From: Centroscyllium fabricii
Taxonomy: Eukaryota
NCBI GenBank assembly: GCA_051313645.2
Contig: JBNRSN020000003.1
Location: forward strand, 497,674,001 to 497,738,000
Length of the DNA stretch: 64,000 nucleotides
Reading direction: 5' to 3'
Positions within the stretch are counted from its first letter, which is position 1; every line of letters starts with the position of its first letter. Positions 26,201 through 37,316 of the stretch are shown here, piece after piece. The translations under genes and the position numbers were made by a program. The notes below the pieces were generated by a model, which saw nothing but the letters and a program-made list of their open reading frames with translations, did no database searches and was not told the DNA's origin.

Positions 26201-27739
26201 TTTGTCCGCATTGAATCAAATAAAAACGGACGCAACTAACATATAACACGGTAATTAAATATTACATATACTGCATATTACTGACCCAAAGAAACATTTG
26301 TATTATAGACACGTCAATTCTAAACATATGTGTTTTGTTCCATGCTACTGCCACGTCGTGGTGCCAAAGCTAACAAAATATATGTAATTGAAGTACTGTA
26401 CTATAATCAAAAGTTGTAGTGTTGGATAGTAGTTTATAATTGGAGATTTCAAAAGTTTTCTCTCGCTGTCCCCTTCCCCGTCCAAGAGTCAGGTCATTTC
26501 CAGTTACCGAAATTCAACTCAGGAAAGTGCAACAGATCAAGTTTCAGATGTTATATCAACACCCTAAATGCCTAAGCTGTTAATTACTTAATAACCCCAC
26601 AGTGCCAATTTATACGTTCCCCTAGATTTCTGATTTTTAAATCAGAGTGCTTAAAGCACAGGCTTCTCTTTAAGGCGCGGTGGAAAGATGGGTAAAATAT
26701 GTAACTGAGTAAATACAACATGTTTAGTTTGTTATCCTGCAAAGGTGATAAAACCAAGACAGTAAATGAAATGACTAATTAAACAGCTTCATTCTGTTCC
26801 CATTAGCAGTTGCTTTGTCAGGCACTTGTCAGCCCACCCTTTTAACTGTGAACTTAAGTCTACAAAGTTAATCCGCCCCGTATATCTTTCTAATTACCCC
26901 ACAATACAACAGGTGAGACGTTATGTGTCGAAATCACTGCTCTCTCCAAAAATGAACCATATATTTTAGTTCGTCACCGCACCCAAAAGAGTTATAATGC
27001 AACTCAACGACCCACAGATGTGTGATTTCCAGAAACGACTTTAGTTTGTAAAAAAACCACAAACCAGCTGATTCTTATTTTTCAGATTGTTTTGATTTTA
27101 TTTAGCCTGTAATACAACTAACATAATATATGAGAAGGAAAACAGCTTAAATGTGCTTGTTGGAAAGTCGATTGGACACAATCAAAAAAAACAATTAACT
27201 TGTCAGAAAAGTTTTACATGCGGAATTTTCTCCAAATGCATATTTCAATCGGTAGCCTACGACAAAACACACTCCACTAAATCGATTACCTCGCAATTTA
27301 TAACGATTAGTACCAATCAGATAAAGTTGCCTTTACAAAGAAACCGACGGACAGATCCATCCCCAGGCTAACAGCTAGACCGAGCGTTTACTGCACTGAA
27401 CTTCTGAATTCTGTATATCGCCCCGCCAAGAGCGTGGATTCTGATCTTTACACTTATGCAAAGAGACCTTTATCCCTTAATTGGCTTTTATTTTGGGCAC
27501 CGAGTCTCTGAATCTGTTTCTGGGGAAGATAAACGCTGCTCACAAAGGTGACCCGACCTAGAAGATGTTAACTTACCAAAAACAACGTCCTTTTACTGAG
27601 ACAAAAGAAAAATCTTCGTATCAGAAAGAGGGGAATATGAGGAAATTGTTAAAATATTAGGCACCGAGTAAACCTAACACCCACAATGATAATGGGCTGT
27701 TTTCCTCTGTGCGGACACAACGTTGCATTCAATTTGGAT

Positions 27740-28227
27740 ATGTTATAAATTAGGCGTTTCTATGGTAGCATGTCTCTGATTGGCCGACACATCCCGTACG
27801 TGGCGGCAAACGTCACCAAATCTGAATAAGGATGCGCGAATTACAGCTTGGTACACAAAGATGATGGAGACAGCATGAGCGCCGAGAAAAGTCCCATCCA
27901 GCCCAGATAGGATGAACTCGAGTTGATTGCTGAATGTGTAAGGATAGCTTCCAGAAGCAAGATGAGCTGCTAACAGGCACATCTGAAAATAAAAGAGGAT
28001 TATTTTTTTGCATTTTTCCAGCTCCACCAAACTTCAGGGAGAAAAAAAAACCAATCCTACCCATCGCGTGCAGCTTCGGCAGAAGGGGGAAAAGTAGCGG
28101 CTGCGAGCCTGACAAGAGGAACTGGAACGGAGCAACTGGATTTTTGAAGTGCAGTCTGCAGTCACTTGAAGTTACGGTTTTTTTTTCCCAAAGGAAAAGC
28201 GAGATTGTATCCCTGAAGCAAACCGCG
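27740..28227 (+). promoter_or_regulatory. Putative lhx5 proximal promoter / 5' UTR with reverse CCAAT box and uORFs
   Basis: CTGATTGGCC at ~27776-27785, CpG-rich, directly upstream of the lhx5 ATG, with several short ATG-initiated ORFs. The TSS cannot be determined from sequence. Confidence 0.5.
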
Positions 28228-28397
28228 ATGGTGCACTGTGCTGGTTGTGAGAGGCCTATTTTAGACAGGTTTCTCCTGAACGTGCTGGACAGAGCTTGGC
28301 ACATCAAGTGCGTCCAATGCTGTGAGTGCAAGTGCAACTTGACTGAAAAATGCTTTTCAAGAGAAGGGAAGCTTTACTGTAAAAACGATTTCTTCAG
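28228..28397 (+). CDS. lhx5: LIM homeobox protein Lhx5, coding exon 1 (LIM domain 1)
   Basis: ATG at 28228 in strong context (gcgATGg). Encodes [57 protein letters not shown]. Donor AG|GTGAGT at 28397/28398, 170 nt, phase 2. Confidence 0.97.
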
Positions 28398-28731
28398 GTG
28401 AGTTCGATGGACTTCCGTTCTCATGTTAAAGCGACAGGGGTTCTTTTTTTGTTCAACAGCAATCTGCGCGTCATTGTGTTTCTGTGTAGTTCATCTCAAA
28501 AAATCAAACCCACCAGTCGGGTGAATACTGCTTGCCCACTGGCCGTGCTTCGGCTTGTTTGGTACACACATCCCACATATGGAGCTAAGTTCGCATAACT
28601 CTTAACAATGATAAATAAAGGAACATCATTAAAGAATAACAGCAGCACAAACCAAGAAAAACGCATTTTGATTTTGATTCCAGTACAGGCCTACAAAGGG
28701 CTCAGATGGGGGGCCGTGTAACTTTAATGAT

Positions 28732-29025
28732 AGCAAAATACTGCGGATGCTGGAAATCTGAAATAACAGAAAACGCTGGAAAATCTCAGCAGGCCAGGCA
28801 GCATCAGTGGAGAGAAATATTATTGAGTCGACGTTTCAGGTTAGGACCCTTTGTCAAGACTAAAGCAAGGAAATGAAACAGTTTTTCACGTTTCGTGAAA
28901 AACTGTTTTATTTCCTTGCTTTAGTCTTGACAAAGGGTCCTAACCTAAAACGTCGACTCAATATTTCTATCTCCACAGATGTTGCCTGGCCTGTTGAGAT
29001 TTTCCAGCATTTTCTGCTGTTATTT
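28732..29025. mobile_element. Penelope-like family B palindromic insertion in lhx5 intron 1
   Basis: Terminus GCAAAATACTGCGGATGCTGG. ~130-bp inverted arms around ~28891. 17-bp TSD CGTGTAACTTTAA(T/C)GAT at 28715-28731 and 29026-29042. Confidence 0.85.
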
Positions 29026-30549
29026 CGTGTAACTTTAACGATGTATTCGGTGTTACATTGTTTTTTTTCTCCAATTACCACAATATGCAATATTAAACTA
29101 TTTCGAGAAACATCCGTAAGTGTTATTTCCGACCCACCTGGTGTCGAATGCACTAACTGGCTCGATTTATTTCCGGGTCTACTCAATGTTCCGTGCACCT
29201 TCTAATGCCTGCCAGCCAGCACGGAGCAGGTCTAACCGGGGGCATCAGGTATACGGCAAGCGGCAGTGTGACCCATTCGCAATCGGAATGGCGCATGTCG
29301 AAAAGTTTAGAAACTTCTAAAGGTTTTAGAGAATACCAGGGGGAGAAAAAAAATATTCCGGAACAAGTTGCAATTCAAATGCAAAATCGGTAGATTGTAC
29401 GATGTTCTTATGTTTCAGTAAGTGATGGGAGTTAACGCAAACGTTTGTTATTTAAAAAAAAAACTGCAAGTGCCTGGAAATAACACTTGCTTACTGGGCC
29501 TAACCAACGTGCATTTAAATAGGAAGAATGGGACTTGGCTCTTTCTGATTCCTTCCAAATGCAAACTACTCGCCAATTTGAAGATTCTTTTCAGGTGCCT
29601 AATATAGCAACACTTAAACGCATTTAATGATTCTGTTAAGCTGCAGATGAACCAATTACACCTCGCGGATAAGACAAAGATGACATATGATCTCTAATTC
29701 TTTTACTAAATCAACGTCATTGTCACCAAAATCGGCCTGTACGGCAGCTGTGGTATTGAGTGTACGGAAATAATCACGGTCGGACAGTGTTGGGCGATGC
29801 ATGACTTTTGGTGTCCTAGTCTCAGAGGTCGGAGGCTGTTGGCCTCTCTCACCTCCCGTCCCGGAATCCCCTACATTTTCCAGGCCCAGAGCCGGTGCAC
29901 CTTAAAATAATAATAACTGAAAAATAATCTTTCGCCCAACTTAAGCATCAGGGGAATATGGTCACAAGAATCTTCTAATATACTTTTCTCAGTATATACG
30001 TCGTGCGTGCTTCTGTGTATGTGACAGCGCTTTTATGAAATCTAATGCGTTCACCCCCTGAGTGGAACAGTTATTTTGATATTCCAACGTTAGATTGCAA
30101 TTTTGTCACTTTAAACTATTTCAAGATCTATTCTCACTTATGGCTTGCTATTGTGTTTCCATTCCAATTAATTATAAAGAGTATGAAAATCTATTCAAAA
30201 TTCAAAAGGAGGTTTTTTCGTTCTTCATAAAAAAAGACAGAAAGATACCTTCACAACAAGCATTAAACAGTGAGGTGCAAGTGAAGACAATTTAAACATA
30301 AACGCGAGCGCTCTTCCAGTCTCCTTAAAACCCCATTTTATTCACAACAGGAGGAATAAACTGACGCGTTGCTGAAGATACTCTGGTCGCTTCCGATAAG
30401 CAAAACCGTTCTGTCAGATTCCCAGAACTGGTTCTAATTATTAAGTCCTCGTGGCCGTCCTAATTGCACAATTTTCTCAATGAGATGGTAAAGGCTTATT
30501 TAATTATGGAGGTGGTATATATTTACGTGGCGCCCCTTTCTGTTTACAG

Positions 30550-30773
30550 GCGGTTCGGTACAAAATGTGCGGGATGTTGTCAAGGTATCTCTCCCAGTGA
30601 CCTCGTAAGAAAAGCCAGAAATAAGGTGTTTCACTTAAACTGCTTTACTTGTATGGTTTGTAACAAACAACTGTCCACTGGAGAGGAACTATATATCATT
30701 GATGAAAACAAATTTGTGTGCAAAGAAGACTATTTGAACACCAGCAGTTTAAAAGATACCAACTTAAATTCAG
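30550..30773 (+). CDS. lhx5: Lhx5 coding exon 2 (LIM domain 2)
   Basis: Acceptor tttacag|G. Encodes [62 protein letters not shown]. Donor CAG|GTAAG, 224 nt, phase matches. Junction DFFRRFG is Lhx5-like (Lhx1 has DFFRCFG). Confidence 0.97.
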
Positions 30774-31540
30774 GTAAGGCCCGACGCTGGTCCTTGTATT
30801 AAAACCTATTTGTTAATGCTTGTAGAGGGCGGGAGTTGTTTTGTTTTTGTTGTCTTTCTCCCTTATGGGGTGTCACTAATTCAAAACGCCTTAAAACATC
30901 CCCCATCTCCCCCTTGGCCCCTCATTTCTAGCCTGGGAAGCTTTCTGCAATCTTCATCGCCTCTTTGCTATGACTGCAAAAATCTCATTTACTTTGACCA
31001 CATGCCGCGCGTTTGATCTCTAAAACTGTATTTACAAGAAGATTTTGAGATTATTTATCACATTGGGGTATCAGACGTCGGAAATACCTCTCAGGATTTC
31101 CATTTGGATTTGATGTGGTTTAAAGTCAAATAAACGACCACTATATTTTACAAATACTGCATACTTTATGCAAACGCTGTTTTCATGGATTTTTTTTAAA
31201 TCCGTGTGAAATTGCAACAGCATTATCTGAAAATACATGGATATATCATTTCGTTAAAAATGAAAGAAAGTTTTAAAAGCTTTTGAATGTGAAACTAGAA
31301 AATGAAAACATTAAACACGTGTTTCGGGGAAGCGTAACTATACACATTCTATTGGAGGAATGTTCAAAATTGTGCTAATGACTTGGATTATGACTTTGTA
31401 ATTTTTGTAAAGTCATCTCCCTTCTTTCTTAATACTTGCCGAGTTTATTTATATCGTTTGCTCTTCGCCTGCTTTACCAAAAGCAGCTTTCATTGAAGCC
31501 TGCTTCTGACAGGTTAATAAAAGCCGTTTGTGTATTTCAG

Positions 31541-31818
31541 TATCTTCGTGTACAGATCGGAGTTTATCGCCTGATATCCAGGATCAGAATATAGACGATA
31601 CAAAGGAAACGGACAATTCCACCTCGTCAGACAAAGAGACGCAGAATAATGAGAACGAGGAACAGAGCACGGGCACCAAGCGGAGAGGACCCCGAACCAC
31701 CATTAAAGCCAAGCAGCTGGAAACATTAAAAGCCGCCTTCGCCGCTACCCCGAAGCCCACCCGACACATACGAGAGCAACTTGCTCAGGAAACAGGCCTC
31801 AACATGCGGGTTATTCAG
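31541..31818 (+). CDS. lhx5: Lhx5 coding exon 3 (linker and homeodomain helices 1-2)
   Basis: Acceptor tatttcag|TA. Lhx5-diagnostic [12 protein letters not shown] linker, then [47 protein letters not shown]. Donor CAG|GTACC, 278 nt. Confidence 0.97.
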
Positions 31819-32464
31819 GTACCAGCATGCCGTTGCTTTTTCGGCCCAGAGCCACTTCAGCTGTACACCGTGACCATCAATCCTCACTTGATTTATTGGG
31901 TCCTTTAAAAAAAAAACATTTCTTGGGAATGACTGAAGTTATTTTGCCACATGACCTTTATTGGTTCATTCAAATATTTTCATTGCTTGTTTAAATAAAG
32001 GCGCGAATATTTCGAATCAATATATTTTGTTGCAAATGTGATTTTTACAGGAGGGACACTTAATGCACAGAGTTCTTGTCTTTCATTTTATCCCAGGAGG
32101 TTTTTTAAGAATTCACATTACACTTTGACTGTGTAAAGGCCAGTTCAGTACTGCACGGGCACCAGTGAGGGGGTGCGGGCACTCTCTCAACACATTGCCA
32201 TCGGGGTCAATGCCCGGGCTACTTCCGTGTACGTGCATAATCAATCTGATGCTTTGTCTTTACCCATAACATTTACACTTAATGCTTTTTAAGATGCTTC
32301 GTGACGCGATCGATTCCCTCCTAACGTAAATCTTCCAGGCGCGTCAGAATCATGTTACTACCATCAAATTGTTAACTTTTTTTCCAGAAAGAAGTGAACT
32401 TTTTTTTTTAGGGGGGTTGGCGTTTAACGTTAAATTGTGGTTTGCAGCCTCATTGTCTTCGCAC

Positions 32465-32556
32465 AAAGGAAAGGTATTGGTTTAACCAAAGGATAGGTAT
32501 TGGTTTAACCAAAGGAAAGGTATTGGTTTAACCAAAGGAAAGGTATTGGTTTAACC
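32465..32556. repeat. 23-bp tandem repeat x4 in lhx5 intron 3
   Basis: AAAGGAAAGGTATTGGTTTAACC x4 with one mismatch. Confidence 0.95.
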
Positions 32557-32679
32557 AGCAGACACAGTGATTTCTCTGAACTGGCTTGCCCTACAATGTA
32601 TTCATTGCGCACATAGGCAGTTGTTTAGTAAATGCACTTGCTGTATTTCCCATTAAAGAACGGGCCATTGTTTTGGCAG

Positions 32680-32845
32680 GTCTGGTTTCAGAACAGAAGA
32701 TCTAAGGAGAGGCGGATGAAACAATTGAGTGCTCTGGGTGCGAGGCGGCACGCTTTCTTCCGGAGTCCCAGGCGCATGCGTCCTCTGGGAGGGCGCCTGG
32801 ACGAATCGGAAATGATGGGATCTGCCCCCTACAATTACTATGGAG
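32680..32845 (+). CDS. lhx5: Lhx5 coding exon 4 (homeodomain helix 3)
   Basis: Acceptor ttttggcag|GTC. Encodes [44 protein letters not shown]. Donor GAG|GTACT, 166 nt. Confidence 0.97.
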
Positions 32846-32958
32846 GTACTTTGCACAACGCTCAACTTCCAAAAGAGTTTGGCTGCTTTGAAAGCGGCGG
32901 TGCATGGGCCCAGTGCTATAATATCACTGTTCTCCTCTCAATTCTCGTTTATTTAGCC

Positions 32959-33162
32959 ATGATGTGGAGGTGCCGGTGTTGGACTGGGGTGGACAAATGT
33001 AAGAAGTCACCCAACACCAGGTTATAATCCAACAGCTTTATTTGAAATCACAAGCTTTCGGAGCGTTGCTCTGACACCTGATGAAGGAGCGTTGCTCAGC
33101 AAGCTTGTGATTTCACATAAAGCTGTTGGACTATAACTTGGTGTTGGGTGACTTCTTACATT
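32959..33162. mobile_element. Penelope-like family A palindromic insertion in lhx5 intron 4
   Basis: Same terminus and inverted arms as 16899-17124. TTCTCGTTTATT duplicated at the flanks. An extra 30-bp terminal fragment lies at 33302-33331. Confidence 0.85.
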
Positions 33163-34792
33163 TCTCGTTTATTGGGATGGCAGAGACGGATGCGAATGTG
33201 TCATCTTTCGGCGTTTAAATCAGCCGCTATGTACCTCTTTTTTTTGTTGCAATCCGAACTTAAATCATAAAGCACATTGGTCAGGTCCCTTTGTAATTCT
33301 AATGTGGAGGTGCCGGTGTTGGACTGGGGTGTAATTCGGCTGCGAAGGAGGCTCCTCCTGCTTTCCAGCTATTATTTTATCAGGTGATTCACATTTCGGA
33401 ATACAGGGCTGTTCCCCTGTCTCGGGGTTTTATTTCGCGCGTTCAACCGCGCTAATTCGGAAAAAAGGCCACATCGTTTTCACGCTTTTGTTACACAATG
33501 TAATAGTTTTCGAGCTTTGAAATGATCCAGATACATCACTTAGGGAAAGGACGGTTCGGATATGCGTTTGTCACTTTGCATTGCGTGAATCAATTGTTTG
33601 TGTAATGACCACCTCCCTTCACAAGGGAGCATTTTTTTAAATCCCCTACAATTATCTCGATGTTTCAATTGAACGCTTATCCAATGCGTTCACTTCTGCG
33701 AATTGTCACGACGACTCCAGGTATAAGCCAAGAGTCCATTTGATAACCGCCTAGTTTACGTTCTACACGTTCGTACGATCCGAGTGGTCGAAGGTGCTCG
33801 GTTGCTATGACTTTCTCACTCGTTTTGTGGCATCTGCACGGGTATTGAGTGAATGATCGCAGCCTGTTGAGCTCTTTAATCCCCCCCTGTAAGAGACTCC
33901 GCTCCGGCGCTGGCCAAGTTGCGCCCGATAAAGCAATGCATTGTGATGAAGCTGTCTTTTTGAAGAGAAGCCTAGCCCATTCAGCGTGCACTTTCTCTTG
34001 TGTTTCCCCGAACAAAGCTACAGCTGCAGTCTTTTGTCGGATATTCACCCAGGATTTGTTCCAATTACCTCGAACTCTTCGAGCATATGGAGGGTCACTT
34101 GCAGAGCGCCGCGACTCTGCTCTCCACCGTTTGCTGCAGCCTTCTGCTTCCAAATGTATAACAGCACCTTCACTAATGTAACGCATTTCACATTTTTTGG
34201 CGAAGTAAATATAATATCTTAAGCACCCACGATAAGAAGTTCCCAAATTTACCTTCGCGCCGCAAAGTACAATACTATTAATATGAGTTAAATCTTGACT
34301 GCGGTTGCGCGAAGAGGTTCCAATGCTGTGCTCAATCGTCTAACATAGCTGTACTTTATCAATCCAAACCGGATACCAGTATAGTGAATTATATATTACA
34401 AATCGTCTCCTACTTTTGAATGGTATAAGTGTTAAGAATGCTTTAGGTAGAATGTATTACGTATGTTAATATGGAATCTCCTATTACTGCACGCAATACC
34501 TAATACCCATATAGATATGAATGGCATTTTTTTTAGTTACATTTAGTTAGCAGGAACATTATCGACACTTCTATAAAGTACAAAACCTTACCAGGAGCAG
34601 GCACTATTAGTTCTATTAATGTGCTTCAAAATTAGCTGCAATTTTGTGGAATACCAAAAAGAACAACACAGGACCAGCATCAACAGGTTTCAATATTCCA
34701 TTCATTGAACGCGATTTGGAATCTATACCTTACACGTTCACTGTAGATGTTATAGGTATATAGATAGTGATCTCACATTTTACTGAGGACTA

Positions 34793-35110
34793 ACATAGAA
34801 ACATAGAAGATAGGAGCAGGAGTAGGCCATTCGGCCCTTCGAGCCTGCTCCGCCATTCAATGAGAGCATAGCTGATCATCCAAACCCAGCACCCCGTCCC
34901 TGCCCTCTCCCCATATCCCTATCAAGCCTGCACCGACACATATCCCACCCTATCCCTGTAACCCCACATATTCAATCCCGCTAACACTAAGGGTCAATTT
35001 ATCCTGGCCAATCAACCTAACCCGCACATCTTTGGACTGTGGGAGGAAACCGGAGCACCCGGAGGAAACCCACGCAGACAGGGGGAGAATGTGCAAACTC
35101 CACACAGATA
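34793..35110 (-). mobile_element. HE1/mermaid-like SINE in lhx5 intron 4
   Basis: catagaaacatagaa tail and mermaid-like core on the minus strand. Confidence 0.8.
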
Positions 35111-35817
35111 GTACTTTGCTTAAATGAATGGAGTTTTTATTGCAAGCATAATGGAATGAGTCATATTCCATTGACTGCTGGCGTTTAAGTTCCCGTCTTT
35201 TGGCGTTTACCAATAATTGCAATTGCTCCTTCTAAAATTATGCATACATATACTGTTTATATTATTTACTCCAGTGTGTCTTTAACCGGCCTTAAGAACC
35301 AAAGTTTAATATGTAACAGGGAAGTCAACTGATTTACGTTACTATAAGGTCACTCCCATTGGTTAACAGTAATAATTATCAAGTGATGAGCAGTAAATCA
35401 CACATCACGTTGGCTCTGACTGTGTGGGGACAGCGAAGAGTAACATTCTACCCTTGGTCATCATACTCAGCTGATCATAAAATCCGAAAGATTCAGATTT
35501 TGCCTTTTTTTCAATGAGTACTATAGCGTGTCATCCACGAATTGTTTGTGTACTGGGCTTCACATGGGTGAGCCTGGATTTTATATGTCGGCCAAAAATG
35601 AATGTTGGAAATGAAAGCTGGTCTCAAAGTCCTGCTATCAAAACAAAAGTCAGCGCCATCCTCCCCAGCTTCACTTGTCAGTGATAGCATGGACATCACA
35701 CCCCTGAGTGCGCGCGCAGTAAGATTTACTTGTCCTTGCGAGGAATGAGGAACAACAAGTCCTCACTACACAACCAAATCACCCATTTTAATTTAACTTC
35801 TGGTAATATTTTAAACT

Positions 35818-36045
35818 GGGTTAGGTTGATTGGCCAGGATAAATTGACCCTTAGTGTCAGGGGGATTGAATATGTGGGGTTACAGGGATAGGGTGGGATA
35901 TGTGTCGGTGCAGGCTCGATAGGGATATGGGGAGAGGGCAGGGGCGGGGTGCTGGGTCTGGATGATCAGCCATGATCTCATTGAATGGTGGAGCAGGCTC
36001 GAAGGGCCGAATGGCCTACTCCTGCTCCTAGTTTCTATGTTTCTA
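35818..36045 (+). mobile_element. Truncated HE1/mermaid-like SINE in lhx5 intron 4
   Basis: GGGTTAGGTTGATTGGCC...AATGGCCTACTCCTGCTCCTAGTTTCTATG. Confidence 0.8.
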
Positions 36046-36269
36046 TTACATTTTAATATGTAATTATATTACATTTCTGTGCATTGTAGTCTTTTTGATC
36101 TAAACGTTACATGATTGGTGGTGTGCTCAGGAATTCTCCTGGAATATAAACTGAAATTGTTCCTTTCTTTGTCTGAAGAATCCGACAGAAATTATTATGC
36201 TGCATGAATTTAATTGGAATTTAATTGCAAAGGTAGACACGTTTCTCTTCTTTGTTTTATCCTATGTAG

Positions 36270-36655
36270 ATTATCAAGGAGACTACTACGGCCCAACTGC
36301 AAATTATGACTTTTTCCCGCACGGTCCACCGTCCTCTCAAGCACATTCGCCGGCAGATTCCGGCTATATGCAGTCCTCAGGACCCGGAGGAACCTCACTC
36401 GGAGTACTTGAACCTCCCCTTTCCGGCCACCATCCTCCCACTATCGGTGGCAGCGAAAACCAAAGGTATACGGACATGATTTCCCACCCTGACACCCCGA
36501 GCCCTGAGCCAGGCATGACCGGACCGCTGCACCCGATCCCGGGCGAAGTGTTTAGCGGGGGGCCCAGCCCGCCCTTCTCCATGTCCAGCAACAGTGGCTA
36601 CAGCGGCCCGCTTTCACATCCGAGCCAGGAGATGAACGAGACTGCGGTCTGGTAA
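36270..36655 (+). CDS. lhx5: Lhx5 coding exon 5 (Pro/Ser-rich C-terminus to stop)
   Basis: Polypyrimidine tract and tgtag|AT. Encodes DYQGDYY...[10 protein letters not shown]...[14 protein letters not shown]...EMNETAVW*. The spliced CDS totals 1224 nt = 407 aa plus stop. Confidence 0.96.
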
Positions 36656-37086
36656 GGCGGATCCAAAACCCCCGCACACAGTGAAATCCACGCGGCTCGC
36701 CTACCCAACCAATGGTTAATGATCACAGCACTCTGGCATTAGGCTACTGAACTCTAACCTCTTTCAAACACTTTCTTAAAGCCCCCACCCCCCCCGCGGG
36801 CCACACCCTCCACCCCCACCCTCGCCCACACCCAAAGAGGCGGAGACGATGTGACCGATTGCCAAGACTACAACACCGCCTGGTGCAAGTGACCTCAGGC
36901 AGGGAGGGGGGAGAGGGAGGAAGTGGGTGTTGCGCATGCGTAATTGCACCCACGTCCGGTATGCACAGTGAACTCTGGGAGAGAAACTGCCTGCTCGAAA
37001 CCTGGAGCTGCCACTTCCCCTGCCCGGCAGCGAGTCTGAAGAAGGCACTGGATATTAATAGAGTTACTGGTTCTGTTGTTAATGTG

Positions 37087-37316
37087 AATAAAGGTCGTTT
37101 TAGTTTCCACCCACCCCATCCTCATCTGACAATCCATGTTTCCATGAGTCATAGAAAAAGAAATCTGGCATCGATGATGACAATCACTTTTAGTGCTTTG
37201 AATAGTTCGTTCCCATCCCACAACCTTGGAGACCCCCCTGTGTGACACCTTTTTAAATTTCTTTAATTAACTGTAAAATTGTCACCATTGATGTTAAAAA
37301 GTAAAACTTGAATAAA
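37087..37316 (+). terminator. Candidate lhx5 polyadenylation signals
   Basis: AATAAA at 37087-37092 and 37311-37316, the latter followed by T-rich sequence, 0.4-0.7 kb after the stop codon. Confidence 0.45.

Noticed and set aside
27813-28337. 174-aa ORF antisense to lhx5 exon 1
   Set aside because: Shadow of the coding and UTR sequence with no recognisable protein features.
33677-34246. 189-aa antisense ORF in intron 4
   Set aside because: No recognisable domain, non-ATG start and no splice support. Likely a chance ORF in GC-balanced DNA.
28228-36655. Assignment as lhx1
   Set aside because: [19 protein letters not shown] and [11 protein letters not shown] are Lhx5-type sequences.
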